A DNA stretch of 63,868 bases, counting the filler, from Actinomycetota bacterium (GTDB lineage: Bacteria; Actinomycetota; Acidimicrobiia; IMCC26256; VFJJ01): assembly GCA_009886115.1 (NCBI GenBank). It is 4 parts of 4 records of this genome, joined end to end, with 100 filler letters (N's around TTAATTAATTAA, not from the genome) between each part and the next. Parts side by side here need not be neighbours in the genome. Positions count along the whole stretch, not along the records: positions 1 to 30,391 come from VFJJ01000151.1; 3 more parts are not named here. One strand, 5' to 3'. Position numbers and translations under genes: made by a program. Numbering within the stretch: the stretch's first letter is position 1; each line of letters opens with the position of its first letter. Below, piece after piece: positions 10,086-20,012 of this stretch. The notes below the pieces were generated by a model. The model made no database searches. It saw nothing but the letters and a program-made list of their open reading frames with translations, and was not told the DNA's origin.

Positions 10086-11767
10086 GCTCGTGACCGTTCG
10101 AGGGCCTGGTCGACGAGGCGCCGGGCGATGACCCGAAGGCACAAGGTCTCGTCGGCGCCCTCGAAGATCGACAGCACCCGGGCGTCGACGAACAGCCGCG
10201 AGACGGCGAACTCCTCGGCGTAGCCCATGCCGCCGTGGATCTGCTGGGCCTCGCGGGCCACCCACTCAGCCGCCCGGCACACCGAAGCCTTCACCATCGA
10301 GGCGCCCAACGTGCCGGTGGGGCTCTCCATGCGTAGCGCGACGTCGTACGCGAACTGCCGGCCAAACTGGATGAGGAAGGCCATCCGGGCCAGCTTCACC
10401 TTGGTGAGCTGGTAGCGGGCGATGGGCTCGCCGAAGACCTTGCGCTCCTTGGCGTAGCGGGCCGCGGCATCGAACGCGGCTTCCATCAGCCCGACGGCCC
10501 GGGCCGCGGTCTGGAGGCGGCCGTTCTCGAAACCCTCCATCTGGAGGTAGAAACCCCGTCCGACGCCGGCCTCGCAGCCGACGAGGTTCTCAGCCGGCAC
10601 GAACCACCCGTCGAAGCTCACCTCGTAGGAGTGCATGCCCCGGTAGCCGATCGTGTCGATGGCTCGACCTTCCATGCGACCCGTCGAACCGTCCTCGTGA
10701 CCGGGACTGCCAGAGTCCTGCGCGAACGCGAACGCGTGCCCGGGGGCAACCGGCTTGTCGACGACGAACAGCGACAGGCCCCGGTGCGCCTTCGAACGGT
10801 CGGGATCGGTCCGGGCCAGCAGCATCAAGGTGTTGGCCCGCCCGGCGAAGGTGGCCCAGGTCTTCACGCCGCTCACGAGGTAGCCCCGACCGTCGCCCGT
10901 GGGGACGGCCGCAGTCACGACGCCGGCGACGTCGGAGCCGAAGTCGGGCTCCGTCACCATGACCCCGATCATCCGCTCACCCGAGGCGATCGCCGGGAGC
11001 CAGCGGCGCTTCTGCTCGTTGGTACCGCCCTTGACGATCGCCCGGGTGAGGATCTCGGGGCGGGTGATGAGCGAGCCGCCGATGCCGAGCGACGCCCGTG
11101 ACAGCTCCTCGGTGGCGACGACCATGGCCAGGTAGTCGGCGTCGCTGCCCGTGGCGAAGCCGCCGTGTTCCTCGGGGACCGAGAGGCCGAAGCCACCAAT
11201 GGCGGCCAGCCCGGCGATCACGTCCTCGGGTACGTCGGCGTTGGTGCGATGGACGTGCTCGGCGTGGGGGCGGATCTTGTCGTCACCGAAGCGGCGAAAG
11301 GTGTCGCGGGCCAGCTCGAACTCGTCGGAGAGGTGTGCCGGCCCGGTGCTCGGGGCCGGCTCGACCAGGGCGGTGCGATCGGCCAGCGATTCGAGGAACG
11401 CCGGCGCCCGTCCGGCCTCGAGGAAGGGGATCGTGGGCGCCAGGAGGGCCGTCGCCGCGCCCCATGCTGCAGATCGGCCGAGCGTGCGAGCCGTGAGCTC
11501 GGCGATGGCATCGGCGATGGACGCGAAGGCCAGGTGCGACTCGAGCTCACCGTGCTCGGCGTATCCCAGCATGATTCGGCAGCCTTCGACCGCGCTCGCC
11601 GCGTGGGCCAGGTCGTAGGCGAAGACCTGGTGCTCGTCGAGCAGATCGACCGAAGGCACCCCTCCCGTGGGGGCCGCATGGTGGGTGAGGCGGGCCGTCG
11701 CGGTCTCCACGACCGCGTCCGCGGCCTCGACAGCGCTTCGGGCGGCGGCCAGTGAGAGCTCTCCCAT
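10082..11767 (-). CDS. Acyl-CoA dehydrogenase with N-terminal extension
   Basis: TEPDFGSD, SGVKTW, QIHGGMGY, IFEG motifs. Confidence 0.92.
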   Translation of the reverse strand: MGELSLAAARSAVEAADAVVETATARLTHHAAPTGGVPSVDLLDEHQVFAYDLAHAASAVEGCRIMLGYAEHGELESHLAFASIADAIAELTARTLGRSAAWGAATALLAPTIPFLEAGRAPAFLESLADRTALVEPAPSTGPAHLSDEFELARDTFRRFGDDKIRPHAEHVHRTNADVPEDVIAGLAAIGGFGLSVPEEHGGFATGSDADYLAMVVATEELSRASLGIGGSLITRPEILTRAIVKGGTNEQKRRWLPAIASGERMIGVMVTEPDFGSDVAGVVTAAVPTGDGRGYLVSGVKTWATFAGRANTLMLLARTDPDRSKAHRGLSLFVVDKPVAPGHAFAFAQDSGSPGHEDGSTGRMEGRAIDTIGYRGMHSYEVSFDGWFVPAENLVGCEAGVGRGFYLQMEGFENGRLQTAARAVGLMEAAFDAAARYAKERKVFGEPIARYQLTKVKLARMAFLIQFGRQFAYDVALRMESPTGTLGASMVKASVCRAAEWVAREAQQIHGGMGYAEEFAVSRLFVDARVLSIFEGADETLCLRVIARRLVDQALERSRA

Positions 11768-11902
11768 GCACCGGAGGGTACCGACGGGTTCGGAGAGCGA
11801 ACGAAATTCAGGGGCTCGGCCCTTGGTGGGAGGGCTCGACACCAGCGGCGGTCATCCGGTCTGCGGCCTTCGGTCGTGGACGGTGGATTTCGACGGGATC
11901 CG

Positions 11903-11929
11903 CTCAGGGTGTCCGGTTCGTCGGCCGAT
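11903..11929 (+). promoter_or_regulatory. Putative sigma-28 (FliA/WhiG)-type promoter
   Basis: CTCA-N17-GCCGAT. Confidence 0.55.
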
Positions 11930-11934
11930 GCACC

Positions 11935-14559
11935 ATGCGTGACACCCTCTCCGGCTCCTCGCGGTCTCGCGCCGCTCAGACATCCTCGACCCTCGTGACG
12001 CGCTCCAGGCGCTCGGTCCGCGTGGTCAGTTGTGTGGTGGTCGTGCTCGGTGCGCTGCTCGTGGGCGCGGGCTCGGCGCGAGCGGCCGGTCCCGGAGCCA
12101 CGAGTCGCGTCAGCACCGACAGCGAGGGTTCCCAGGTCAACGGGCCGAGCGGCGACGTGGCTGTGAGCGGAGACGGACGGGTCGTGGCCTTCGCCTCCGA
12201 TGCCACCAACCTGGTCGTCGGCGATACGAACGCCACGGCCGACGTGTTCGTCAAGCACCTGGCAACCGGCACGGTGGTGCGGATCTCGGCCGGGAACACC
12301 CCGATCGCCGATCCCCACCTCAACGGCGACGGACGCATCCTCACCTACACCACCGATGCGGCGATGCTGGCCTCCGACACCAACGGCGTCGCCGACGTCT
12401 ACCGGATCGACCTCAATGCCGGCGTGACCGAGCGGGTCTCGGTCGGCGCCGGAGGCACCGAGGCGACCGTGGCGTCGACGGGTGGCTCGATGAGCGCCGA
12501 CGGTCGATTCGTCGTCTTCTCCTCGGGCTCGGACGGGCTCGTCGCCAGCGATGTCAACGGCGTGGGTGACGTGTTCGTGCGCGATGCAGCCCTGCAGACG
12601 ACCACGCTCGTCTCGGTCGCTGCGAACGGCACGGCTGGCAACGCTGCGTCGGCGAACCCGACCATCAGCGCCGACGGCGTCGTCGTGGCCTTCGAGTCTG
12701 GCGCGGGCACGCTTGGTCCCTTCGACGCCGACAACGTGGTCGACATCTACGTGAAGGATCGCGAGAGCGGGGCCGTGCACCGGGCCTCGGTGTCGTCGTC
12801 GGGTACCGGGGGCAACGGCGCATCGTCCCGTCCGGCGATCAGCGCCGGGGGCACAGCTGTGGCGTTCGAGTCGCTGGCTCGGAACCTGGTTCCCGGCGAC
12901 AGCAACGGTTTCCGTGACATCTTCGTGCGCAACCTGGCGAGTGGCCGAACCACCAGGGCCAGCGTTGTCGACGTGACCGGTGCCCAGTCGGCCGGCCAGG
13001 CCAGCGGCCCAGCTGTCTCGGGCGACGGCCGGCGCGTGGTGTTCGAGTCGGGCGACCCCGATCTCGCTCCCGGCGACACCAACAACACCTTCGACATCTT
13101 CGTCCACGACCTTCCGACAGGTCGCACCTTCCGTGCGTCTGTGTCGTCGACCAGTGTGCAGAGCGGCCACGCGTCGCGTGCTCCGGTGATCGCCGACGAC
13201 GGGCGGACCATCGCGTTCGAGTCGGCCGGCACCACCCTGGTGAGCGGCGACAGCAACAGCACCTACGACGTGTTCATCCGGACCACGGGGTTCCCGTCGA
13301 TCTCGTCGGTCGAGCCGGCGTTGGTCGCCGGCACGGTCGGCCAGCAGGTGAGTGTCGTCGGGACCGAGCTGCATCCCGGGGCTGTCTTCTCGTTCGGCTT
13401 CGGCATCACGGTGACCGGGGTGAGCGTCACGTCGACCACGACGGCCACGGTGACCGTCGACGTCATGCCCGGTCTCACGCTCGGGGTCCGCCCGGCGACG
13501 GTCACCTATGCCGTGGGCGATCCTGGCGGATGTCCGGCCTGCGTGCGGATCGTGGCCCCGCTGCCGCCACCACCGCCACCGCCACCGCCTCCCCCCCCGA
13601 CTCCGCCGGCCCCGCCGCCGGCTCCTCCGGGGGTCCCGCCCGCTCCGGGAACCCCGCCTGCACCGCCCGGGCCCGGCGGAGCCACTCCCGCTCCGCCTGG
13701 GGTCGGCACCGATTCTCGTGGCGTCTCGGCGCCCGCTGTGGGCACCGACTCGGGCGGGCCCGCGGTACCGCCCATTGGGGTCAAGGGCCGTTCGGGATAC
13801 TGGATGCTGGGCAGCGACGGGCGGGTCTACCCCTTCGGCGACGCCCGGCTCCTCGGAGACCCGTCAGCGGCGATCGCCCCTGTTGCCGCTGCGGGTGTCG
13901 CGGCCGTCGACCTCGAGCCGACGTCAGACACAGGGGGCTACTGGGTGCTCGACACCGCGGGACGCGTGTTCGCCTACGGCACTGCTCGTCCCTTCGGCGA
14001 CCTCGACCGGTCGGGGCTGCACCGGGGCGAGCTCGCCGCGTCGATCTCGGCGACTCCCACCGGCAACGGGTACTGGGTCTTCACCACCCGGGGGCGGGTC
14101 ATCGCCTTCGGTGACGCGGTCTGGCTCGGTGACGTGGTGTCTTTGTCGCTCAACGGGATCGTGCTCGACTCGATCGCCACGCCTACGGGTCGGGGGTACT
14201 ACCTCGTTGCGGCGGACGGCGGGATCTTCGCGTTCGGCGACGCCCGCTTCGTGGGTTCGATGGGTGCCCGCCGTCTCAACTCAGCCGTGCAGTCGCTCGT
14301 CCCCGATGCCGACGGGATCGGCTATTGGTTGGTGGCGTCCGACGGCGGTGTGTTCGCCTTCGATGCCGCGTTCCGGGGCTCGATGGGCGGTCGCACCCTC
14401 AACGCCTCCGTCACCGGCATGGTCCGCTTCGGGACCGGGTATCTGATGGTGAGCGCCGACGGCGGCATCTTCAACTTCAGCGACCAGGACTTCAGCGGCT
14501 CGCTCGGCTCTTCGCCGCCCGAGCGCCCCATCACGTCCGTGGCCGCCTTCGGCGGCTGA
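11935..14559 (+). CDS. Secreted TolB/PD40-like beta-propeller protein with Ig-like domain, Pro-rich linker and C-terminal DGG-repeat domain
   Basis: Signal peptide ending ARA-A (start may be GTG 11995); repeated S.DGR.VAF.S.A.NLV.GDTN...D+FV blades; poly-Pro; GYWLVASDGGVFAFD repeats. Confidence 0.85.
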   Translation: MRDTLSGSSRSRAAQTSSTLVTRSRRSVRVVSCVVVVLGALLVGAGSARAAGPGATSRVSTDSEGSQVNGPSGDVAVSGDGRVVAFASDATNLVVGDTNATADVFVKHLATGTVVRISAGNTPIADPHLNGDGRILTYTTDAAMLASDTNGVADVYRIDLNAGVTERVSVGAGGTEATVASTGGSMSADGRFVVFSSGSDGLVASDVNGVGDVFVRDAALQTTTLVSVAANGTAGNAASANPTISADGVVVAFESGAGTLGPFDADNVVDIYVKDRESGAVHRASVSSSGTGGNGASSRPAISAGGTAVAFESLARNLVPGDSNGFRDIFVRNLASGRTTRASVVDVTGAQSAGQASGPAVSGDGRRVVFESGDPDLAPGDTNNTFDIFVHDLPTGRTFRASVSSTSVQSGHASRAPVIADDGRTIAFESAGTTLVSGDSNSTYDVFIRTTGFPSISSVEPALVAGTVGQQVSVVGTELHPGAVFSFGFGITVTGVSVTSTTTATVTVDVMPGLTLGVRPATVTYAVGDPGGCPACVRIVAPLPPPPPPPPPPPPTPPAPPPAPPGVPPAPGTPPAPPGPGGATPAPPGVGTDSRGVSAPAVGTDSGGPAVPPIGVKGRSGYWMLGSDGRVYPFGDARLLGDPSAAIAPVAAAGVAAVDLEPTSDTGGYWVLDTAGRVFAYGTARPFGDLDRSGLHRGELAASISATPTGNGYWVFTTRGRVIAFGDAVWLGDVVSLSLNGIVLDSIATPTGRGYYLVAADGGIFAFGDARFVGSMGARRLNSAVQSLVPDADGIGYWLVASDGGVFAFDAAFRGSMGGRTLNASVTGMVRFGTGYLMVSADGGIFNFSDQDFSGSLGSSPPERPITSVAAFGG

Positions 14560-14567
14560 ACCGCTCT

Positions 14568-14618
14568 CGTTCTTTGCGTCTCGCGCCGCGCATGGAGCCG
14601 GCGGGGCCGCAAAGAACG
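14568..14618. terminator. Inverted repeat between convergent genes
   Basis: CGTTCTTTGCG ... CGCAAAGAACG arms. Confidence 0.5.
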
Positions 14619-14671
14619 CGTCGGGGGTCGGGGAGATGGCGGGCTCTCGTGCGGCCCTGTGGGCCCGCGGG

Positions 14672-16537
14672 TCAGTGGTCGTACTGGGTGTGGTAGAGGT
14701 CGGCGTAGAGGCCCTCCCGGGCGAGGAGCTCGTCGTGGGTGCCCTGGTCGCGCACACGGCCGTCGTCGATGACCACGATGCGGTCGGCGGTGACGATGGT
14801 CGAGAGGCGATGGGCGATCACCAGGGCCGTGCGCCCATCGAGTGCCTCCGAGAGAGCCAGCTGGATGAGCGATTCGGTCTCGGAATCGAGGTGCGCTGTC
14901 GCTTCGTCGAGAATCACGATGGCCGGTCGCTTGAGCATGGCCCGGGCGATGGCCAGGCGCTGCTTCTCGCCGCCCGAGAACCGGTAGCCGCGCTCGCCGA
15001 CGACGGTCTCGTAGCCATCGGGCAGGGCGGCGATCACGTCGTGGATGCGCGCTCGGCGGCACGTCTCGACGAGCTCTTCGTCGCTGGCGTCGGGTCGGGC
15101 GTAGCGGAGGTTGGCCGCCACCGTGTCGTGGAAGAGATGCGGGTCCTGGGGTACCACGGCGATCACCGAGCGCAACGACTCCTGGGTGAGCGAGCGCACG
15201 TCGTGGTCGTCGACCAACACGGCGCCGCACCCCACGTCGTACAGGCGCGACACGAGCGCGGCGATCGTCGACTTCCCCGCGCCCGAAGGGCCGACGAGGG
15301 CGACCGTCTCGCCCGGCTCGGCCACGAACGAGACCCCGGACAGCACGTCTCCGGCAGCCTGGGTCGACAGCGATGCGGCCTCGTGGAGTGAGGCGAGGGT
15401 GGCGTCGGCCGGGGCCGGGTATCCGAAGTGCACGTCGCGCAGCTCGACCCGTCCGACCGCCGGGATGGGCAGGGGACGGGCGTCGGGCCGGTCGGCCACC
15501 CGGAGGGGCAGGTCGAGCACCTCGAAGACCCGCTCGAAGCTCACCAGCGAGGTGAGCAGCTCCACCCGGGCGTTGGTGAGCTGGATCAACGGTTGGTACA
15601 CGCGGGCCACGTACACCGAGAACGCCGCCACGTCGCCCACGGTCATCTCGCCCGAAGCTGCGAGCCGGCCACCGAACCAGAAGACGGTCACCGTGCCGAT
15701 CGCCACGACGAGCGACAGGGCCACGATGAGTTGCTGGGTGATGAGCGCCTGCTTGATGCCCAGGTCCCGGACCTCGTCCGCTCGAGCCGCGAAGGCCGAC
15801 CGTTCCCGCGAGTACGAGCCGAAGACCTTCACCAGGACTGCGCCGGCCACGTTGAACCGTTCGCTGGTCGTGGTGTTCATGGCCGCGTTGTGCTGCATGG
15901 TCTCGCGGGCGGCGTCTTGGAGTCGGAAGCCGATCCGGCGGGCGATCAGGAGGAACACGGGCACCACGGCCAGCATTCCAAGGGTCAACCTCCACTCGAG
16001 GGTGAGCATCACCGGAATGGCGAAGACCAGCACGAACGCGTTCTGGGTGAGTGATCCGAGCGTGGTGGTGACGGCACGTTGGGCGCCGATCACGTCGTTG
16101 TTCAGCCGGCTCATCAGCGCCCCGGTCTGGGCGTGGGTGAAGAACTGGATCGGCATGCGCTGCACGTGATCGAACAGCTCAACCCTCAAGTCGCAGATGA
16201 GACCTTCACCGATGCGGGCCGAGAACCAGCGCTGGATCAACCGGAGCACGCTTTCGGCGATCGCCAGGCCCAAGGCCCCAAGCCCGAGCCACGTCACGAG
16301 CCGTTGGTCGCCTCGGGGGATGGCCGTGTCGAGCAGGGCCTTGAACAACAGCGGCGTGACCGTGGACACGGCGGCCACGCCGATGACGGTGACCAGGAAC
16401 GCGGCCATCCGGCCCCAGTACGGCCGGGCATGGCGAAGCACCCGCATGATGAGCGCCCGTTCGAAGTGCCGGTCGCGCACAGCAGAGGAGTCGCGCCGGA
16501 ACCCCGGCACCACACCACCTCCAGCGAAGCCACCCAT
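14672..16537 (-). CDS. ABC exporter, fused permease/ATPase
   Basis: Multi-TM N-terminal domain, GPSGAGKST, FSGGEKQR, ILDEAT, IAHRL. Confidence 0.93.
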   Translation of the reverse strand: MGGFAGGGVVPGFRRDSSAVRDRHFERALIMRVLRHARPYWGRMAAFLVTVIGVAAVSTVTPLLFKALLDTAIPRGDQRLVTWLGLGALGLAIAESVLRLIQRWFSARIGEGLICDLRVELFDHVQRMPIQFFTHAQTGALMSRLNNDVIGAQRAVTTTLGSLTQNAFVLVFAIPVMLTLEWRLTLGMLAVVPVFLLIARRIGFRLQDAARETMQHNAAMNTTTSERFNVAGAVLVKVFGSYSRERSAFAARADEVRDLGIKQALITQQLIVALSLVVAIGTVTVFWFGGRLAASGEMTVGDVAAFSVYVARVYQPLIQLTNARVELLTSLVSFERVFEVLDLPLRVADRPDARPLPIPAVGRVELRDVHFGYPAPADATLASLHEAASLSTQAAGDVLSGVSFVAEPGETVALVGPSGAGKSTIAALVSRLYDVGCGAVLVDDHDVRSLTQESLRSVIAVVPQDPHLFHDTVAANLRYARPDASDEELVETCRRARIHDVIAALPDGYETVVGERGYRFSGGEKQRLAIARAMLKRPAIVILDEATAHLDSETESLIQLALSEALDGRTALVIAHRLSTIVTADRIVVIDDGRVRDQGTHDELLAREGLYADLYHTQYDH

Positions 16538-16563
16538 CGCCGTCGACGCTTACCGGGGCCGGC

Positions 16564-18531
16564 TCAGAGCGGAGCGGTCGCGCGCTCGAACTGGGTCCGG
16601 TAGAGCTCGCTGTAGAGGCCGCCGGCGTCGACGAGGTCGTCGTGTCGTCCTCGCTCGACGATGCGGCCGGCGTTCACCACCAGGATCTGGTCGGCGGCGA
16701 CGATCGTCGAGAGGCGATGGGCGATCACCAGCGACGTGCGTCCGGCCAGCGCCTCACCGAGGGCCTGCTGGATGAGCGATTCGGTCTCGGAATCGAGATG
16801 ACTCGTGGCCTCGTCGAGGATCACGATGGCCGGGTCCTTGAGGAGGGCCCGGGCGATGGCGATCCGTTGCTTCTCGCCGCCCGAGAACCGGTAGCCCCGC
16901 TCGCCGACCACGGTGTCGTAGCCGCTGGGGAGCGACGCGATGAGATCGTGGATGCGGGCCTTACGACACGCATCCACGATCTCGGCGTCGGTCGCTGCCG
17001 GACGGGCATAGCGCAGGTTCATCCGCACCGAGTCGTGGAACATGTGTGGGTCCTGGTTGACGACGGCGATGACGCTGCGAAGCGAGTCGAGGGTGAGCGT
17101 GCGCACGTCGTGCCCGTCGACGCGTACCGAACCGCCGGTGACGTCGTACAGCCGCGAGACCAGCGAGACGATCGTCGACTTCCCGGCGCCCGACGGCCCG
17201 ACCAGCGCCACCATCTGTCCCGGCTCGGCCACGAACGACAGGCCGTCGAGCGTCGGCGCCATGGCCCCCGCCGAGCGGTCGTCAGGTGCCAGGGTCGCCG
17301 ACGCGGCCCCCGTCGCCGGCCGGGCCCCGTTGCCGTTGGCGCCTTGGCCTGGCGGGCCCGCACCGTGACCGTGCCCCTGTCCGCCCGACCCGCCCGCCAG
17401 CGACACGGCGGCGGCGTCGAAGGCCGGGTACCTGAACACGACCTCGTCGAACTCGACCCGCCCGGCCGCCGGCGTGACCAGGCGCTCGGCATCGGGCGCG
17501 TCGACGATCGGGTTGGGCAGGTCGAGCAGCTCGAACACGCGCTCGAACGACACCAACGACGTGAGGAAGTCGACCCGGGCGTTCGTGAGCTGGATCAGGG
17601 GGGCGTAGGCCTGGCCCGTGTAGGCGACGAGGGCGACGAGCGTCCCGATCTCGATGGAGCCGTCGATGACGAGATCGCCGCCGAGCCAGTACACGACGAC
17701 CGTGCCCAGAGCGGTGATGAGGCTCAAGGCGATCATCAGGATGCGGCTGTAGAACGCCTGGCGGACCCCGATGTCGCGTACGTCGCCGGCTCGGCTCCCG
17801 AAGTCGTCGCGCTCTGCGTCGGGCGAGCCGAAGTACTTCACGAGCAGCGCCCCCGAGACGTTGAAGCGCTCGGTCATCTGCGAGTTCATCTCGGCGTTGA
17901 GCATCATCCCCTGGCGGGTGAGCCCCTGGAGTCGCCGGCCCAGCCGTTTGGCGAGCACCACGAACACCGGCAGCACCGCCATGGCCAGCAGGGTGATGCG
18001 CCATTCCAGCGCCAACATGAACGACAGGGCGAAGGCCAGCATGAAGATGTTCGAGACCAGGGTGCCCAGGGTGCCGGTGAGGGCCCGCTGGGCACCGATG
18101 ACGTCGTTGTTGAGCCGGGAGATGAGCGCCCCGGTCTGGGTCGCGGTGAAGAACGCCAGGGGCATCCGTTGCACGTGGTCGTACAGCGCCACGCGGAGGT
18201 CGTAGATGAGCGACTCGCCGATCCGCGACGAGTACATCCGCGACATGAGGTCGAGGAGCGAGCCCACGAGCGACACACCGAGCAGCGACAGGGCCAACCA
18301 GGCGAGCAGCCGCCGGTCGCTGTCGGGGATGGCGTCGTCGATGATCGCCCGGTACACGAGCGGGCTGAGTGCGCCCACGCCCGCGCTCAGCAGCAGCAGC
18401 ACCCCGTAGATGATGAGCGCGGGCCGGTGTGGACGAGCGAAGCGGAAGACCCTACGGAGCAGGCCCTTGGCGAACTTCTTGTCCCTGAACTCGCGGCCGT
18501 CTTGTTGGAACAACCAGAACATGGAATGCAC
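16564..18531 (-). CDS. ABC exporter, fused permease/ATPase (paralog of the downstream gene)
   Basis: Same architecture and motifs; Gly/Ala-rich insertion before Walker A. Confidence 0.93.
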   Translation of the reverse strand: MHSMFWLFQQDGREFRDKKFAKGLLRRVFRFARPHRPALIIYGVLLLLSAGVGALSPLVYRAIIDDAIPDSDRRLLAWLALSLLGVSLVGSLLDLMSRMYSSRIGESLIYDLRVALYDHVQRMPLAFFTATQTGALISRLNNDVIGAQRALTGTLGTLVSNIFMLAFALSFMLALEWRITLLAMAVLPVFVVLAKRLGRRLQGLTRQGMMLNAEMNSQMTERFNVSGALLVKYFGSPDAERDDFGSRAGDVRDIGVRQAFYSRILMIALSLITALGTVVVYWLGGDLVIDGSIEIGTLVALVAYTGQAYAPLIQLTNARVDFLTSLVSFERVFELLDLPNPIVDAPDAERLVTPAAGRVEFDEVVFRYPAFDAAAVSLAGGSGGQGHGHGAGPPGQGANGNGARPATGAASATLAPDDRSAGAMAPTLDGLSFVAEPGQMVALVGPSGAGKSTIVSLVSRLYDVTGGSVRVDGHDVRTLTLDSLRSVIAVVNQDPHMFHDSVRMNLRYARPAATDAEIVDACRKARIHDLIASLPSGYDTVVGERGYRFSGGEKQRIAIARALLKDPAIVILDEATSHLDSETESLIQQALGEALAGRTSLVIAHRLSTIVAADQILVVNAGRIVERGRHDDLVDAGGLYSELYRTQFERATAPL

Positions 18532-18614
18532 CCGGTCAGGCTACGCGATCACGGCCCCGCCTCCCGACGCCGTCGTGTCGCGGGTCGGGTGAACCGGCGC
18601 GTACTGTCGAGCCC

Positions 18615-19787
18615 ATGCCCGAGCCCCGACTGCCCATGCCCCCCGCAACCGATCCCGAGACGAGGGACGAGATCGTGGCGACGGTGCGAGCCTTCGTCAG
18701 ACGCGACGTGATCCCGGTGGCATCGGCCTTCGAGCACGCCGACGAGTTCCCTGTGGCGCTCGTCGAGACCATGAAGCAGATGGGACTCTTCGGCGTGATG
18801 ATCCCCGAGGAGCGCGGTGGGCTCGGACTCGACCTGCCCACCTACGTGGGGGTCATCGAGGAGCTCAGCTACGGATGGATGTCGCTCTCGGGAGTGTTGA
18901 ACACGCACTTCATCACCGCCTTGTTGCTCATGTGGCACGGCAGCCCCGACCAGCAGGCCCGGTGGCTGCCGCGACTGGCGACGGGCGAGCTGCGCGGGTG
19001 CCTGTCGTTGAGCGAGGCCGACGCCGGCACCGACACGCGCAACATCTCGTGCCGGGCCACCCGCGACGGCGACGAGTACACGATCTCGGGCACGAAGATG
19101 TGGGTCACCAACGGGCTGCGGGCCGGGCTGATCACACTGGCCGCCCGCACCGACGAGGGCATCACCTGCTTCATGGTCGAGAAAGAGCCCGACCAGGCCT
19201 CGACGGCCGGGATCACCGTCTCGCGCAACATTGCCAAGCTCGGCTACAAGGGTCTCGAGACCGTCGAGATGGTCTACGACGGCCACCGCCTGCCCGCCGA
19301 CCGGGTGCTCGGGGGCGCCGAGGGACTCGGACGGGGGCTCCCGTACATCCTGGGCGCGCTCGAGGTGGGGCGCATCAACATCGCGGCGCGTGCCGTCGGC
19401 GTGGCCCGGGCCGCGCTCGACGCTTCGCTGGCCTATGCCAAGCAGCGCGTCACCATGGGCAAGCCCATCGGCGAGCACCAGGCGATCCAGCTCAAGCTGG
19501 CTGACATGGCCACCAAGGTCGAGGCCTCCCGTCTGCTCGTGGCCAACGCCGCGGCCAAGAAGCAGGCCGGGTTGCGCTGCGACCTCGAAGCGGGGATGGC
19601 CAAGCTGTTCGCCTCCGAGACCGCGCTCGAGGTGGCCACCGACGCCATGCGGATCCATGGGGGCGTCGGGTACACGACCGACCTCCCCATCGAGCGCTAC
19701 TACCGCGACGCGCCGCTCATGATCATCGGCGAGGGAACCAACGAGATCCAGCGGCTGGTCATCGCCCGCAACCTCCTGGCCCGGTAG
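18615..19787 (+). CDS. Acyl-CoA dehydrogenase
   Basis: SLSEADAGTD, GTKMWVTNG, RIHGGVGY, IGEGTNEIQ; TACTGT 7 nt before ATG. Confidence 0.94.
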   Translation: MPEPRLPMPPATDPETRDEIVATVRAFVRRDVIPVASAFEHADEFPVALVETMKQMGLFGVMIPEERGGLGLDLPTYVGVIEELSYGWMSLSGVLNTHFITALLLMWHGSPDQQARWLPRLATGELRGCLSLSEADAGTDTRNISCRATRDGDEYTISGTKMWVTNGLRAGLITLAARTDEGITCFMVEKEPDQASTAGITVSRNIAKLGYKGLETVEMVYDGHRLPADRVLGGAEGLGRGLPYILGALEVGRINIAARAVGVARAALDASLAYAKQRVTMGKPIGEHQAIQLKLADMATKVEASRLLVANAAAKKQAGLRCDLEAGMAKLFASETALEVATDAMRIHGGVGYTTDLPIERYYRDAPLMIIGEGTNEIQRLVIARNLLAR

Positions 19788-19865
19788 GGCGAACCTGGTC
19801 GCGCCGGCCGTGCCGGTGCGTTCGATGCCGCGTTCGATGCCGGCGGGCCCGGACCGCCCGACCAC

Positions 19866-19912
19866 GAGCGCCCGAGCGCCCGGAGCGCCCGAGCGCCCGA
19901 GCGCCCGGAGCG
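19866..19912. repeat. Short tandem repeat (GAGCGCCC[G]) about x5
   Basis: Directly visible, intergenic. Confidence 0.7.
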
Positions 19913-20012
19913 AATCGGGTCGGGTGGCGCGTCCTAGACTCCCTCGGGCCGGTCGCTCAGCGGCGAGCCGCCTGCCCGTCTCATTCCGACGATTCGACGA
20001 GGCTCGTGACGC

